From positions 20,152,001 to 20,216,000 of the forward strand of contig NC_087251.1 of the NCBI RefSeq assembly GCF_037042905.1: 64,000 bases of DNA. Reading direction: 5' to 3'. This document shows positions 41,443-52,819 of this stretch, one piece after another. Numbering within the stretch: the first letter of the stretch is position 1; each line of letters begins with the position of its first letter. Position numbers and translations under genes: made by a program. Source of the DNA: Lytechinus pictus (lineage: Eukaryota). Below the pieces are notes generated by a model, which worked only from the letters and a program-made list of their open reading frames with translations, ran no database searches and had not been told where the DNA came from.

Positions 41443-42168
41443 TTAAATAATAATTGTGATGTTGTTTCTTCCATCTTACCCCTTGATTCCCATCCCATCC
41501 CTCAGACATCATATCACCATCTACACATTTGTTTGTTGTACAGTACATCATCTCCAACATCCATCACCACAAACCATTGATCAGACACAATACAACATTG
41601 TCACAATATTTATTCTAAAGTCAAATGCAGATATACCAGTGATAATGGTAATGATGTGGGTAGGTAGAATTACCACATCATTTGCTCCATTTCGGGAATG
41701 ACTGATTAAAGAGGTTATTAAAAAAGAAGCGTTGTTCTATGCGAATGACTGAATGTAATGCTATTTCTCATTGCAGGCTATATTCGTATTAACCATGAGT
41801 GATAACAAATTATTGAAGCAATATGGGTATGAAGACATCTGCAGTTTACAGGTTAATTCCATAGCCAAAATATTTCAAGGATTCATCCAAGATTTTTTTT
41901 TTTTACTGTTTCAAGGAATGATTTAACAATACTAATAAATGTTATCTTTCAGATTACCTAAGTAATTCTTTGTTCATACTGTGTTCAAAGGACAATGTCT
42001 CCCTTCGGAAAAACATAATATAGAGGACTTTGACTTGCAATCAATCAACTGCAAATCAATTTTAGGGCCAAAGAGCAATCATAAAGTCTTAACAATAAAT
42101 TTCCAAAGGATTTTTTATCTGCTTTAGCCACATCTGACCACTTCATTTTTTTAATAAGAGGGTCTTAC

Positions 42169-42303
42169 CTGTAAGTTTTCTGAGTAGAAGAGACTCTTAA
42201 GGACTTGACTATCTCTCTTCTGAATGGCCTTTCCTTCCATCACCTTCTCGAGGAAACCACATATATCTCTCACTTGGATGGTATCAGGTAACATCTCAAG
42301 AGC
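42169..42303 (-). CDS. VPS39: VPS39 exon (135 nt): ALEMLPDTIQVRDICGFLEKVMEGKAIQKRDSQVLKSLFYSENLQ
   Basis: Acceptor tgtag, donor gtaaga; no stop codon, so further exons are expected. Confidence 0.93.
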
Positions 42304-42588
42304 CTACAATCAAATCAATATCAAATATTTGCTCATGTAAGCAAGTTTTTATTTAAAGCTATTTTTTTTTTTAAAGTTAATGCAAATTCACCTACTCAGT
42401 TTTATTGTATGATTGCTTTTTGTTCGCAATCAATATCTTATGTCTTTGTAATTTACTTCTAATGTACATTTCAACCTGCCTTGAACCAGTATAGGTTCAT
42501 GGACCTGGTTTCGCTTGTTACTCTTTCATTGATTCACTTTGTTCATTTGCATGCTGCTTTTCTTTGAAATAAAGAAATGATTACAATA

Positions 42589-43540
42589 AACAAGTGGAAT
42601 GCCTCTGGCCGTCTCACCTGCATCACGCGATTCAATATAGCAGCAGTGCTGATTTTGAAAACTACTATAACTCGCACAAGATGTTCAGTGATACTTGGTT
42701 ACTCTTATTTCCACGTTTTATGAACTAGACCAATACACTTATAGAGATATGATGGCAATTCAACAAATACCCCCAACGTGGCCAAAGTTCTTTGACCTTA
42801 CATGACCTTTGACCTTGATCATGTGACCTGAAACTCGCACAGGATGTTCAGTGATACTTGATTACTATTATGTCCAAGTTTTATGAACTAGACCAACACA
42901 CTTTCAAATTTATGGCTGTAATTCAACAAATACCCCAATTTGGCCAAAGTTCATTGACCCTAAATGACCTTTGACCTTGATCATGTGACCTGAAACTTGC
43001 ACAGGATGTTTAGTAATACTTGATTACTATTATGTCCAAGTTTCATGAATCAGATCCATAAACTTTCAAAGTTATGATGGTAATTCAACAGATACCCCCA
43101 ATTTGGCCAAAGTTCATTGACCCTAAATGACCTTTGACCTTGGTCATGTGATGTGAAACTCATGCAGGATGTTCAGTGATACTTGATTAACCTTATGTAT
43201 AAGTTTCATGAACTAGGTCCATATATTTTCTAAGTTATGATGACATTTCAAAAACTTAACCTTAGGTTAAGATTTTGATGTTGATTCCCCCAACATGGTC
43301 TTAGTTCATTGACCCTAAATGACCCTTGACCTTGGTCATGTGACATGAAACTCAGGCAGGATGTTCAGTAATACTTGATTAACCTTATGGCCAAGTTTCA
43401 TGAACTAGGTCCATATACTTTCTAAGTTATGCTGTCATTTCAAAAACTTAACCTCAGGTTAAGATTTGGTGTTGACGCCGCCGCCGCCGTCGGAAAAGCG
43501 GCGCCTATAGTCTCACTCTGCTATGCAGGTGAGACAAAAA
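42589..43540 (-). mobile_element. Helentron-associated non-autonomous element (HINE / Tsp / pearl-like) with about 4.5 internal ~162-bp tandem repeats
   Basis: AACAAG at one end; subterminal IR GTCTCACCTGCAT...ATGCAGGTGAGAC; terminal hairpin gtctcactctgctatgcaggtgagac; (GCC)n tract; ends in an A run with no TSD. Confidence 0.8.
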
Positions 43541-43880
43541 CTGAAGACTCTGCTCTTTGTTCTGACACAAAGGAATATTTCAAATAATGCACATTTTTTT
43601 AATGAAATGACCAAATACTCATTTGATACTATTGTCTTGTGCTTTCTTAGAGACAAGTTAAGTAATCAAGGGTTATCAAGATCTAATTCAAAAAAGTGAA
43701 TTATTGAGCTAAAAATAATAGTTTTTAAGCTTTCTTTTACTATCCAAAGCATATTTCTGACATCACACATGATAAAATAAAACTATACACAGAACCACTT
43801 TCATTATTTTTTCTTCAGTGATGATTATGCCTTATTTATTTTTATTTTTTTAAAGCTGCAGAAGCAGTCTTGAGACTCAC

Positions 43881-44030
43881 CCTGGCAGTATCAATCTTGT
43901 CATGATGAATTTCTAGGACATTGAGGGCAGCCTTTATGTTTGGTTCTGGAGCTGGTGTATTCTGCATCATCAATCGCATGGACTCTGGGTCTGGCGGTTT
44001 GATGTACGTTTGGAAAAGACTAAGATAAAC
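43881..44030 (-). CDS. VPS39: VPS39 exon (150 nt): VYLSLFQTYIKPPDPESMRLMMQNTPAPEPNIKAALNVLEIHHDKIDTAR
   Basis: Acceptor cacag, donor gtgagt. Confidence 0.94.
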
Positions 44031-44366
44031 CTGTGATACAGGGAATAATGGCAGAAAGGATGAATAATACACAATGAATAAAAAAAAATGAGGAATACAA
44101 ATTATATAAATTAACAAAGAATACATATTACAAAGTCATGAGAAAGTGCTGATGAATAGACATTTAGAATTGACCCATAGCACAATCAAAGTACTCCAAT
44201 ATAATCCAAATTACATATGTACAGAACATGCTAGATGTCTGTTCATTAAATATGGTATATTATGACAAGGCTGTAAAAAAGTACAGAATCATTGTTGAAA
44301 TCATTAAAGAACAGAGCAACTTCATTTTGGGTCTCTGAGGTATCATTGAGTTAATAACAAACTCAC

Positions 44367-44515
44367 ATCTGTTTCACTTTCTCGACTGATCATGGCCGTT
44401 CTTCGACAGTACTCTTCAGCTTGTCTTGTGTCCTTGAGTATATGTGCGTAGACAGCTAAAGCCTGCTCGTGTCTTCCTAATCTACCAAGCAATAGAGCTC
44501 TCTCCTCAAAGAAAC
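44367..44515 (-). CDS. VPS39: VPS39 exon (149 nt): SFFEERALLLGRLGRHEQALAVYAHILKDTRQAEEYCRRTAMISRESETD
   Basis: Acceptor ttttgcag, donor gtgagt; conserved motif. Confidence 0.96.
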
Positions 44516-44526
44516 CTGCAAAATAA

Positions 44527-44850
44527 TGGTACACCATGACATTTCCGTGGTACAACATCACATATCTGAGGTGTTGCAAGGGAAATCTATGGTACAAAAC
44601 AAATCATAGGTGGTACACTATCAATGGTGTACCACAGCGCATGTTAAGTGCAGTGAAGAAAATCAATATCACACCATGGCACATCAGTGGTACACTGTAA
44701 ATCTATTGTACATGGTATATCTTAGGTGTTGTGTAGAAAATAGATGGTATGAAATAAAATCATGAGCCCTACATTATAGAAAATCAATGTTACATCAAGG
44801 TGCATCTTCGGTTCAATGTAGAAAATCAGTGATACACTATGGCACAGCAG
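44527..44850. repeat. Degenerate intronic tandem repeat built on tggtacac(c/t)atg and gtagaaaatc motifs
   Basis: Recurrent tggtaca motifs; tatct(g/t)aggtgttg at about 44564 and 44718. Confidence 0.5.
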
Positions 44851-45158
44851 AATTTCAAATACAAAGGACTAATGGTCCCAACGTAAGCAATCAAAGGACA
44901 ATAAATCAGATCTCTGGTACATCACCAATAAATCACCCCACTAAAGTTTGTAAAAAAAAAATCACCATTCCACCACTAACAATCACAAGTCAACTTTCTA
45001 CAATTCATTAAGGAACCTTAGAAATATGAAAAATTAACTTGGAATATTGTTTGGTCAGTCTAAGCTATTTGGATACAAATATTTGGATAATGCATTAGGA
45101 CAAACAACATTAGACAGAAATTACCTGGATCAACATTCTCATGAAAGAAATAACTTAC

Positions 45159-45287
45159 TGTCAAAAGGGAACCTAGTTAGGAGTCTCTCCGGTCTGTAAT
45201 ATTGTGACGTCTCAAGGAAGAAGAGAAGCTTCTTTCTCATTGCACCTAGTTCACCAGGCTCGGTACCGGCTCTGACAAATGACTGAC
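45159..45287 (-). CDS. VPS39: VPS39 exon (129 nt): GQSFVRAGTEPGELGAMRKKLLFFLETSQYYRPERLLTRFPFD
   Basis: Acceptor tctctag, donor gtaagt. Confidence 0.94.
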
Positions 45288-46069
45288 CTAGAGAGTAAGG
45301 AAAAGGATTAAACATTGTCAAAGTTCAGGACTGGGAAACATCATAATAACACCTTTTCTGAGAAATTTGAATACATAAATAAAACATATTACATGCAATT
45401 CTTACAATATTTTCTGATGCAGTATTCATGACAATATCAGTTTTAATAAAGTTTAGTCCAACCCCATCTGACAGAAACTGGTCCTGGACCTAATATTGTT
45501 TGACAAAGTTAAACTTGAAAGATAATGACAAGTTGTGGTGAGATTGAGTTGAAGAGGAACGTGCTACTCCAATAAGATATTGAAATCATGAACATGGGAG
45601 CATTTAACAAAAATACTTGTCAGATGTTTTATCCTACAAATTCAACAGTCAGGCACCAGTGCTTTTCAGAAAGTAAAAACCATGGAAGTGATTGATCAGC
45701 TCTGACAACATGGAGGATTTCAAGTGTTGACGAAACATTCCCAGAAATTAGATCTTTATTGCTCAGAGTCAAAGACACCGCACATACAGTACAGTAGACA
45801 TGTTAAGCCTGAACATTTCAGCTGTAACCCCCTCCCTTCATTGTTGATAGGTAAGCACTGGAGAGTAATGCTTTGCATTGGATCTTTTTACTATTATATT
45901 CTCGTTAAATTACACGAAAAAAAAAATTGAAGCTCAAAATGTTTGATTTTTCTAGCAACTCGAATTTTCCTTCAAGTTGAATTCAAAACAACAATGAAGT
46001 TTGAAAACGGATGGATGGTCAATGGAGTACTCCATCCTGATTTACCAAGTACAAGACACAACATCCTAC

Positions 46070-46286
46070 CTTCTGGAAGTGTCTGTCTGTAGTCTTCCAT
46101 AAGAACCTGTATCTTGTCTTTGTAGAGATTGACAAGCCTGTTGTGGAATTCTGGAGTCTCGTCTGAACAGTTGAGTATGATATGCTCTAGGTATGGTACA
46201 GATAGATTACTAGCTACTGTCGTCAGGTAGTCCAGGACTTGATCCCTCGGTAACCCTTCTACTTCAGGAATATCCTCGGTGAATAT
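46070..46286 (-). CDS. VPS39: VPS39 exon (217 nt): IFTEDIPEVEGLPRDQVLDYLTTVASNLSVPYLEHIILNCSDETPEFHNRLVNLYKDKIQVLMEDYRQTLPE
   Basis: Acceptor atcag, donor gtagga; not in the ORF track; IFTED.PEVE.LPRD and PYLEHII motifs. Confidence 0.95.
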
Positions 46287-47074
46287 CTGATTATATTGAT
46301 TGATTGGTAGAGAGCATTCAACTGTAATTCATTTGAAGAATATTTACAATAAAAAAAAACATATAGATTAAAAAAATATCAAAATACATTTACAAAGAAG
46401 TACAAATAAAGGACAGAAAAGCATGTGCTAAAAAAAACCAAATAGGCTTGTAAAGAGTGGATCACTGGAACTCGAAATAAAAGATTGAGACTTGAAATAG
46501 GGTGACTGGTCAGATCAGCTTCTTTACAGCGCTCTATTTGTGTATTAGCATGACCAAGTTCATAATAATATTTTCACAATTTTGGGGTGAAGGAACCCCA
46601 GGTTAAAGTGCACAAGAAATAATCTACCATAGCATTTTTTTCATCGGTGGGCATCAATGCCACCACCATACATCATATTACTTGGTATTGCATTTGTGTT
46701 GTAATAATGAAATCAAAAAGCCTAATTTACATGACATGGAATAAGCTAATTACCTGTTATGTAGATCTAGGGGTTGTTCATTATAATGTTCTATTATGCT
46801 GTTCTATTCATGCATTCTTAACTCATTGCCGACTGGAAAGTGATCATAAGTGTACACAGTCTTCAGAAATTACAGAATTCAGTACTCAATGGGTCAAAAG
46901 ATTCTAAATATATTGGATATCCTTAATCCTGTTGTATTCTGAAAGTAATGACAAATTCATTCTCTACAACTGTGATAAATATTCACATGTAAATAATTTG
47001 TAAACCATGTGAATCACTCAATTCCATTTGAGATTATCACATATAATCAACAATAGAGTGGTACCATATCTCAC

Positions 47075-47235
47075 CTTTAGCCCATCTTCAGGATATGTTT
47101 TGAGCACCCATTGAGCATATTCACAGATGAGATTGAAGTGTTCTTTGCCTAGCCTTTGAAGGTAGGATACTGTCCTTTCATGACCCTTGAGGGAACTGTT
47201 TGGTTTTTGTGATTGACGCAGTAACAGGTCCAAAG
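47075..47235 (-). CDS. VPS39: VPS39 exon (161 nt): ALDLLLRQSQKPNSSLKGHERTVSYLQRLGKEHFNLICEYAQWVLKTYPEDGLK
   Basis: Acceptor tacag, donor gtgaga; LKGHERTV and PEDGLK motifs. Confidence 0.96.
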
Positions 47236-47887
47236 CTGTAATGATTAAAAATAGTATTATTTATTACAAAGGAAAAGTAACATGCATCATTACCACAAGA
47301 TTTGTGGGGTAAAATAAATGTGTTGCAATGTTACAGTTAAGACACCAACTGCAAACGGACTGACTGATGTTGTGCTATTCAAAATAATGATAAAGCTTGG
47401 TGATATGGAGTAAGTTTGGTAATCTGAGTGTGATATGAAGGTGAAGGTGAATATCTGCAGAAAACTATTTCCAAAAGTGATGTTGCACAAGGGAAAAAAA
47501 ATACTCTTATGAAACCATTCTCCTCTTTTTGCTAATCAAATTGGTATCAGCTTAGGCAAAGAAGTAAAATCAATGTCAAAAAAATTAAAAACTAAAAATA
47601 ATGATACTTTTCATATCAACAAGAAATATTTCAAATATTGGGAATTTTCTTTCATTGATATATCACAGTTATAATAAAAGAACCTGGGTCATTTTCAGCA
47701 TCTTTTCCTTTCTATACATAAACAAAAACATTGGAAGATCAGCAAAGCTGCTTTGATATCTTGCACATGGCAAAGCCAAAGGATGCAGCTCTTGTTGATT
47801 TAGCTACTGAGAGCACGTTTCAAATGTCCATAGGATCTTAATGCGCAACTTACAAATAGCTTAATGAAACTATCCTTGTAGCCTCAC

Positions 47888-48029
47888 CTTTCTTATGAAG
47901 GTCTTTCTTCTCATAGAGAATAATAAGTTCACTGTACTTTTGGTATTTTTTCAGTACCCTTTCACTCTCCTCTAGATGGCAGTTGTTATCTTTCAATCTA
48001 AGTAGTGGAGCTACTAGGGCATCGTTGGT
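47888..48029 (-). CDS. VPS39: VPS39 exon (142 nt): TNDALVAPLLRLKDNNCHLEESERVLKKYQKYSELIILYEKKDLHKK
   Basis: Acceptor cccag, donor gtgagg; conserved motif. Confidence 0.96.
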
Positions 48030-48112
48030 CTGGGTGTAAGAATAGAAATGAATAAATGACTGAGGGCAGAAATTCATTAGTATTTGAAAAATAACATATG
48101 ACATTTATACGA

Positions 48113-48773
48113 AACAAGTGGAACGCCTCTGGCAGTCTCGCCTGCATTACGCGATTTAATATAGCAGCAGTGCTAACTTTGAAAACTACTATAAAATAAT
48201 CATTCACAAAAACACCATTCATATAATGACATAATACCATGTTCATTGACCATAAATGACATTTGAACGGTGACTTAAGACTTGTCAACTACACCCATGT
48301 CCACATTTCATTCACTCTATCCATAAACTGTCAAAGTTATGATGGTAATTCAACAATTACCCTAACACGGCCAAAGTTCATTGACCTTAAATGACCATTG
48401 ACCATGGTCATGTAACCAAACTCGCACAGGATATTCAGTGGTACTTGATTAATCTTATGTCTAAGTTTCATGAACTAGATCCATAAATTTTCAAAGTTAT
48501 GATAGTAATTCAACAAATACCCCCAACTTGACCAAAGTTCATTGACCCTACATGACCTTTGACCTTGGTCATGTGACCTGAAACTCGAGCAGAATGTTCA
48601 GTAATACTTGATTAACCTTATGTCCAAGTTTCATGAACTAGGTCCATATACTTTCTAAGTTATGATGTCATTTCAAAAACTTAACCTTAGGTTAAGATTT
48701 GAGGTTGACGCCGCCGCCGCCGTCGGAAAAGCGGCGCCTATAGTCTCGCTCTGCTATGCAGGCGAGACAAAAA
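48113..48773 (-). mobile_element. Second HINE-like element of the same family, with fewer internal repeats
   Basis: Both ends nearly identical to 42589-43540 (aacaagtggaacgcctctggc...gccgccgtcggaaaagcggcgcctatagtctcgctctgctatgcaggcgagacaaaaa). Confidence 0.8.
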
Positions 48774-49104
48774 CAGATTAAAATTAGGATCTCAAAATTA
48801 GTTTGAATATAATCTAATGAAATTACCACCAAAGTGTTTATATATATCTGTGAATTTATAGTTCCTAACAATTTCAGAATTCTAAAATAATTTGAACGAT
48901 GTAGAGATTATATCAATGGGGAGGGGGGATAGGGGAGCTGTTTGCATGGATATCACAAAATTGAAAATGTTAAGTTTCTTAAATCTGTGCTTCTTTAATA
49001 AATTTTTGCCAAACCTTCGAAAATATATTTCTCTCTTTCTACTTTTGTAAAATCCAACATGATGTCTGGGTAGACTTCCCCACTGAGATTTAGTATCACC
49101 TTAC

Positions 49105-49209
49105 CTGTAGATAGCATTTGAGCAGAGTTGTGTCGATGATGAGACTCCTTTGTCTTCTTGAAGTTACTATCTTTGATCCCTCGCAGATAGTTGAAGGCGT
49201 GGCTGCAGT
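49105..49209 (-). CDS. VPS39: VPS39 exon (105 nt): TAATPSTICEGSKIVTSRRQRSLIIDTTLLKCYLQ
   Basis: Acceptor tacag, donor gtaagg; IIDTTLLKCYL begins the Vps39_1 domain. Confidence 0.93.
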
Positions 49210-49642
49210 CTGTATGTATACAAGTATGATTGAAAGAGTTGAATAGTAGGCTTAAATAAGACATGCAAGATTTCACACAACAAATCTGATTTCTATTAAG
49301 GTATAATCAGATAAATAAGTACATTATCCATATTTCCTAAATTCAAGGTCTCTTCCACAAAAAGAAAATACAACCTGAAATATACGTTCCTTTTTTATTA
49401 CTAAATTTATGATTGAGCTAAACTATTCAACTAATAGTAATCTTAAATAAAAACTTGTATCTCTGCAAACATATATTTCAAAGGATGTCAGGTTTCAGTC
49501 AATAAAATGTATTAAAGTTCCATACAACATTTCCCTTGAATTATTAAGAAATAAAATGAGACATTAGCTGATGCAAGAGCGATGGATTTGTCAGATAAGT
49601 ACATCAAGAGTGTGGCATCACAAATCTACACCTGCTGATTAC

Positions 49643-49821
49643 CTGTTGAGAGGATTCCTTGGCAAGGTCTTGTCTCTTCTGGGTAAGATACTCTACCAAG
49701 GCAGTCAGACCTTTCTCTAGTTCAGCTCCACCAAGCTCTGTAGGTGTGCTGGGGTACTGTAACACCTGTCTATACTCCTTGGGTAGAAGGTCTGGGAAGA
49801 GACCAATCACCTGCGCTGGAT
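49643..49821 (-). CDS. VPS39: VPS39 exon (179 nt): DPAQVIGLFPDLLPKEYRQVLQYPSTPTELGGAELEKGLTALVEYLTQKRQDLAKESSQQ
   Basis: Acceptor ttcttgatag, donor gtaatc; the only copy in the array that continues into GAELEK...YLTQKR. Confidence 0.93.
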
Positions 49822-51312
49822 CTATCAAGAACAAGATACAACTCAGTTATCACACTATTCTTCAGCCTAGTTTTACAGAGTCCTGTAGGTGTGCTGGGGT
49901 ACTGTAACACCTGTCTGTACTCTTTGGGTAGTAGGTCCGGGAAGAGACCAATCACCTGTGCTGGATCTATCAGGAACAAGATACAACTCAGTTATCACAC
50001 TATTTTTCAGCCTAGTTTTACAGAGTCCTGTAGGTGTGCTGGGGTACTGTAACACCTGTCTGTACTCTTTGGGTAGTAGGTCTGGAAAGAGACCAATCAC
50101 CTGTGCTGGATCTATCAAGAACAAGATACAACTCAGTTATCACACTATTTTTCAGCCTAGTTTTACAGAGTCCTGTAGGTGTGCTGGGGTACTGTAACAC
50201 CTGTCTGTACTCTTTGGGTAGTAGGTCTGGAAAGAGACCAATCACCTGTGCTGGATCTATCAAGAACAAGATACAACTCAGTTATCACACTATTTTTCAG
50301 CCTAGTTTTACAGAGTCCTGTATGTGTGCTGGGGTACTGTAACACCTGTCTGTACTCTTTGGGTAGTAGGTCTGGAAAGAGACCAATCACCTGTGCTGGA
50401 TCTATCAAGAACAAGATACAACTCAGTTATCACACTATTTTTCAGCCTAGTTTTACAGAGTCCTGTAGGTGTGCTGGGGTACTGTAACACCTGTCTGTAC
50501 TCTTTGGGTAGTAGGTCTGGAAAGAGACCAATTACTTGTGCTGGATCTATCAAGAACAAGATACAAGTAATTCAGTTATGTTTAACATAGTCCTGTAGGT
50601 GTGCTGGTGTACTGTAACACCTGCCTAGACTCCTTGGGTAGTAGGTCCGGGAAGAGACCAATCACCTATGTTGGATCTATCAAAACAAGCGACAAGTAAT
50701 TTAGTTTTACACAGGTCTGTTGATGGGCTGAAGTGCTGTAACACCTATCTAAACTCCATGGGTTACAGGTCTGGGAAGAGACCAATCACCTATGTGGGAT
50801 TTATCAAAAACAAGAGACAACACTTTTCTTCAGCCAAGATTTACAGAGTTCTGTAGGTGTGCTGGGGAACTGTAATACATGTCTTTACTACTTGGGTAGA
50901 AGGCTGGTTACAGACCAATCACCTGCACTGGATCTACCAAAACAGGTACCAGTAATTGATATCATTCTAGTAATACAAGGCATATGATTTAGAAGGAAGA
51001 AGATAATTTTGCTTCAGTCTTGTTTTACAGAGTTTTTGTAGGTGTACTACGGTACTGTAACACCTGTCTCATCCTTGGGTAGTAAATCTAGAAACAGACT
51101 GATCACCTGTGCTGGATCTATAAAAAAGACAAAAACACCAATCCTATCACACTAGTTGCATAGTGCAATTTCAAAGGAAAATATTCTTTTGATTTTAAGC
51201 CAAAACATCTTTCTTCACCTTATCCCCCCCCCCCCCCCCCCCCCCCGCTTGGTAGTTATGCTGGGACACACAAATTGTCAGAACTCCATGGGGCAAAGGT
51301 CTGAAAAAGACC
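49738..51312 (-). repeat. Tandem array of a duplicated VPS39 intron/exon junction: 145-bp unit, 5 near-identical copies plus about 5 degenerate ones
   Basis: The ctgtaggtgtgctgggg register (ctgtatg in the 50318 copy) recurs at 49738, 49883, 50028, 50173, 50318 and 50463, then more diverged at about 50593, 50718, 50851, 51037 and 51250. Confidence 0.95.
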
Positions 51313-51594
51313 TGTATTCTACCCAACAAGAGTGGAACATATCAAGATCACTCCACAATCAACAGCACTTATTTCATATTTTCAATTTACATTAAATTTT
51401 CATAGCTTTAGCTATATATCAATCATTTGACAAAACAAAACAGTTACACCATTAATCAAAGTGTTTGCAGTAATAACATATACAGAATGATTGGTTTGTA
51501 CTAATGGAACTAACAGGAATGATATCCATGCCATTACAATTTTTCTAAAACCTGTCAATCACTTCTTTACAAGATTACACAATGAGCTGCTTAC

Positions 51595-51724
51595 CTGTTC
51601 CTAGTTTGGCAAACATTTTCATAGACTCTTCAAAGCGGTGTTGCTGAAACAGCTCAAAGGCATATAGGTTCTGAATGTGCTGTATTCTCCTCTGTCGATC
51701 AGCCTCTACCTCATCTGTCATGTA
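51595..51724 (-). CDS. VPS39: VPS39 exon (130 nt): YMTDEVEADRQRRIQHIQNLYAFELFQQHRFEESMKMFAKLGT
   Basis: Acceptor ttcag, donor gtaagc; NLYAF and FAKLGT motifs. Confidence 0.95.
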
Positions 51725-52701
51725 CTGAATACGGAAGAAACAAAAACCAAATAGATTTTCATAGCCTTCTGTAAAATATAAGCTGCGACAGATTTTCTTG
51801 TTTTGACCTGACCAATAAAAGGGGAAGTTTCAATGAAATTGCAATCAATTTCAAGTCAAGTTTAGATCCCAACATCAATCACATTCTTGCAAATTAGCTG
51901 CAGTATTTATCAAGTACAAATATACAATATACAATTGATAGATCAATTTCAGCTGCGATGAATATATAGTTAACATTGATCTTTCAATTGGAAAGCTGCA
52001 AATCAAAATTTACAATCAATGGAAATAGGTTCTGGCAAAACTCCCTTGGTCCCTAAATTCTCCAACATTATAATGACAACAAAGGGAAGCTATGGGAAAG
52101 TATGCTGCAATACAATAAAGTGCTTTGAGAATTTTTTCTTCAAAGCTTTAAGTACTGATAGTATATATGAAATAAGTATTAAATTACTGTCATGAATAAT
52201 GTGTTCATCATACTCAGAATTTTCTTGTTTTTTTTTTCTTAATGATTTTCTTAGTGACCGGCTGGCATGTCGTCAGTGTTTTGGTTTGAAAGAAAATACT
52301 GACGACGTGCCCGCCGATCATCGCAATCAAACTCTAGTCTTTTACCTCTCTTCATACATGTATCCAGCTCTGTGTATAAAAATCATGATGGTTAATGTTA
52401 CTGTTGTGGCGACACATTCCGGTACTCTTTTCTATTTGTGAATCATTTTCTATAGTCATTCTTGGTTTCCCTTTTTTCAAGCCTTTGAGGCTTTTTGGGA
52501 CACCTTTTTCTTTCATTATTTTTTTTTTATATCTCATCTTAATGTTTCATGATTATATTTGTATATTTATGTTCAAATGTATGGTATTTGTATGTTTTTA
52601 CATGTATATATTATTGAAAGAAATAAATGAGAGTATTTTTACTCTCCCTCAACTCAAATTTGATCAAGAAGATTAGTGTATACTTCATCAGATATACTCA
52701 C

Positions 52702-52819
52702 AGCAAGATGGAGGGCTAATTCAAACTGTTTGTCATCTACTAGTTGTTGAATCTGTCTCGGCAATGGAACAGGCTCTAACCTCCAGATGAAATTATTAGA
52801 TGCTACATACACATGACCA
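52702..52819 (-). CDS. VPS39: VPS39 exon (118 nt): GHVYVASNNFIWRLEPVPLPRQIQQLVDDKQFELALHLA
   Basis: Acceptor tttttgcag, donor gtgagt; QIQQL..DKQFELAL motif. Confidence 0.95.

Noticed and set aside
49659..50590. Series of 69-102 aa ORFs on both strands read as a gene cluster or CRISPR-like array
   Set aside because: They are by-products of the 145-bp repeat. The units have no unique spacers and derive from a VPS39 exon, and there are no cas genes in this eukaryotic context.
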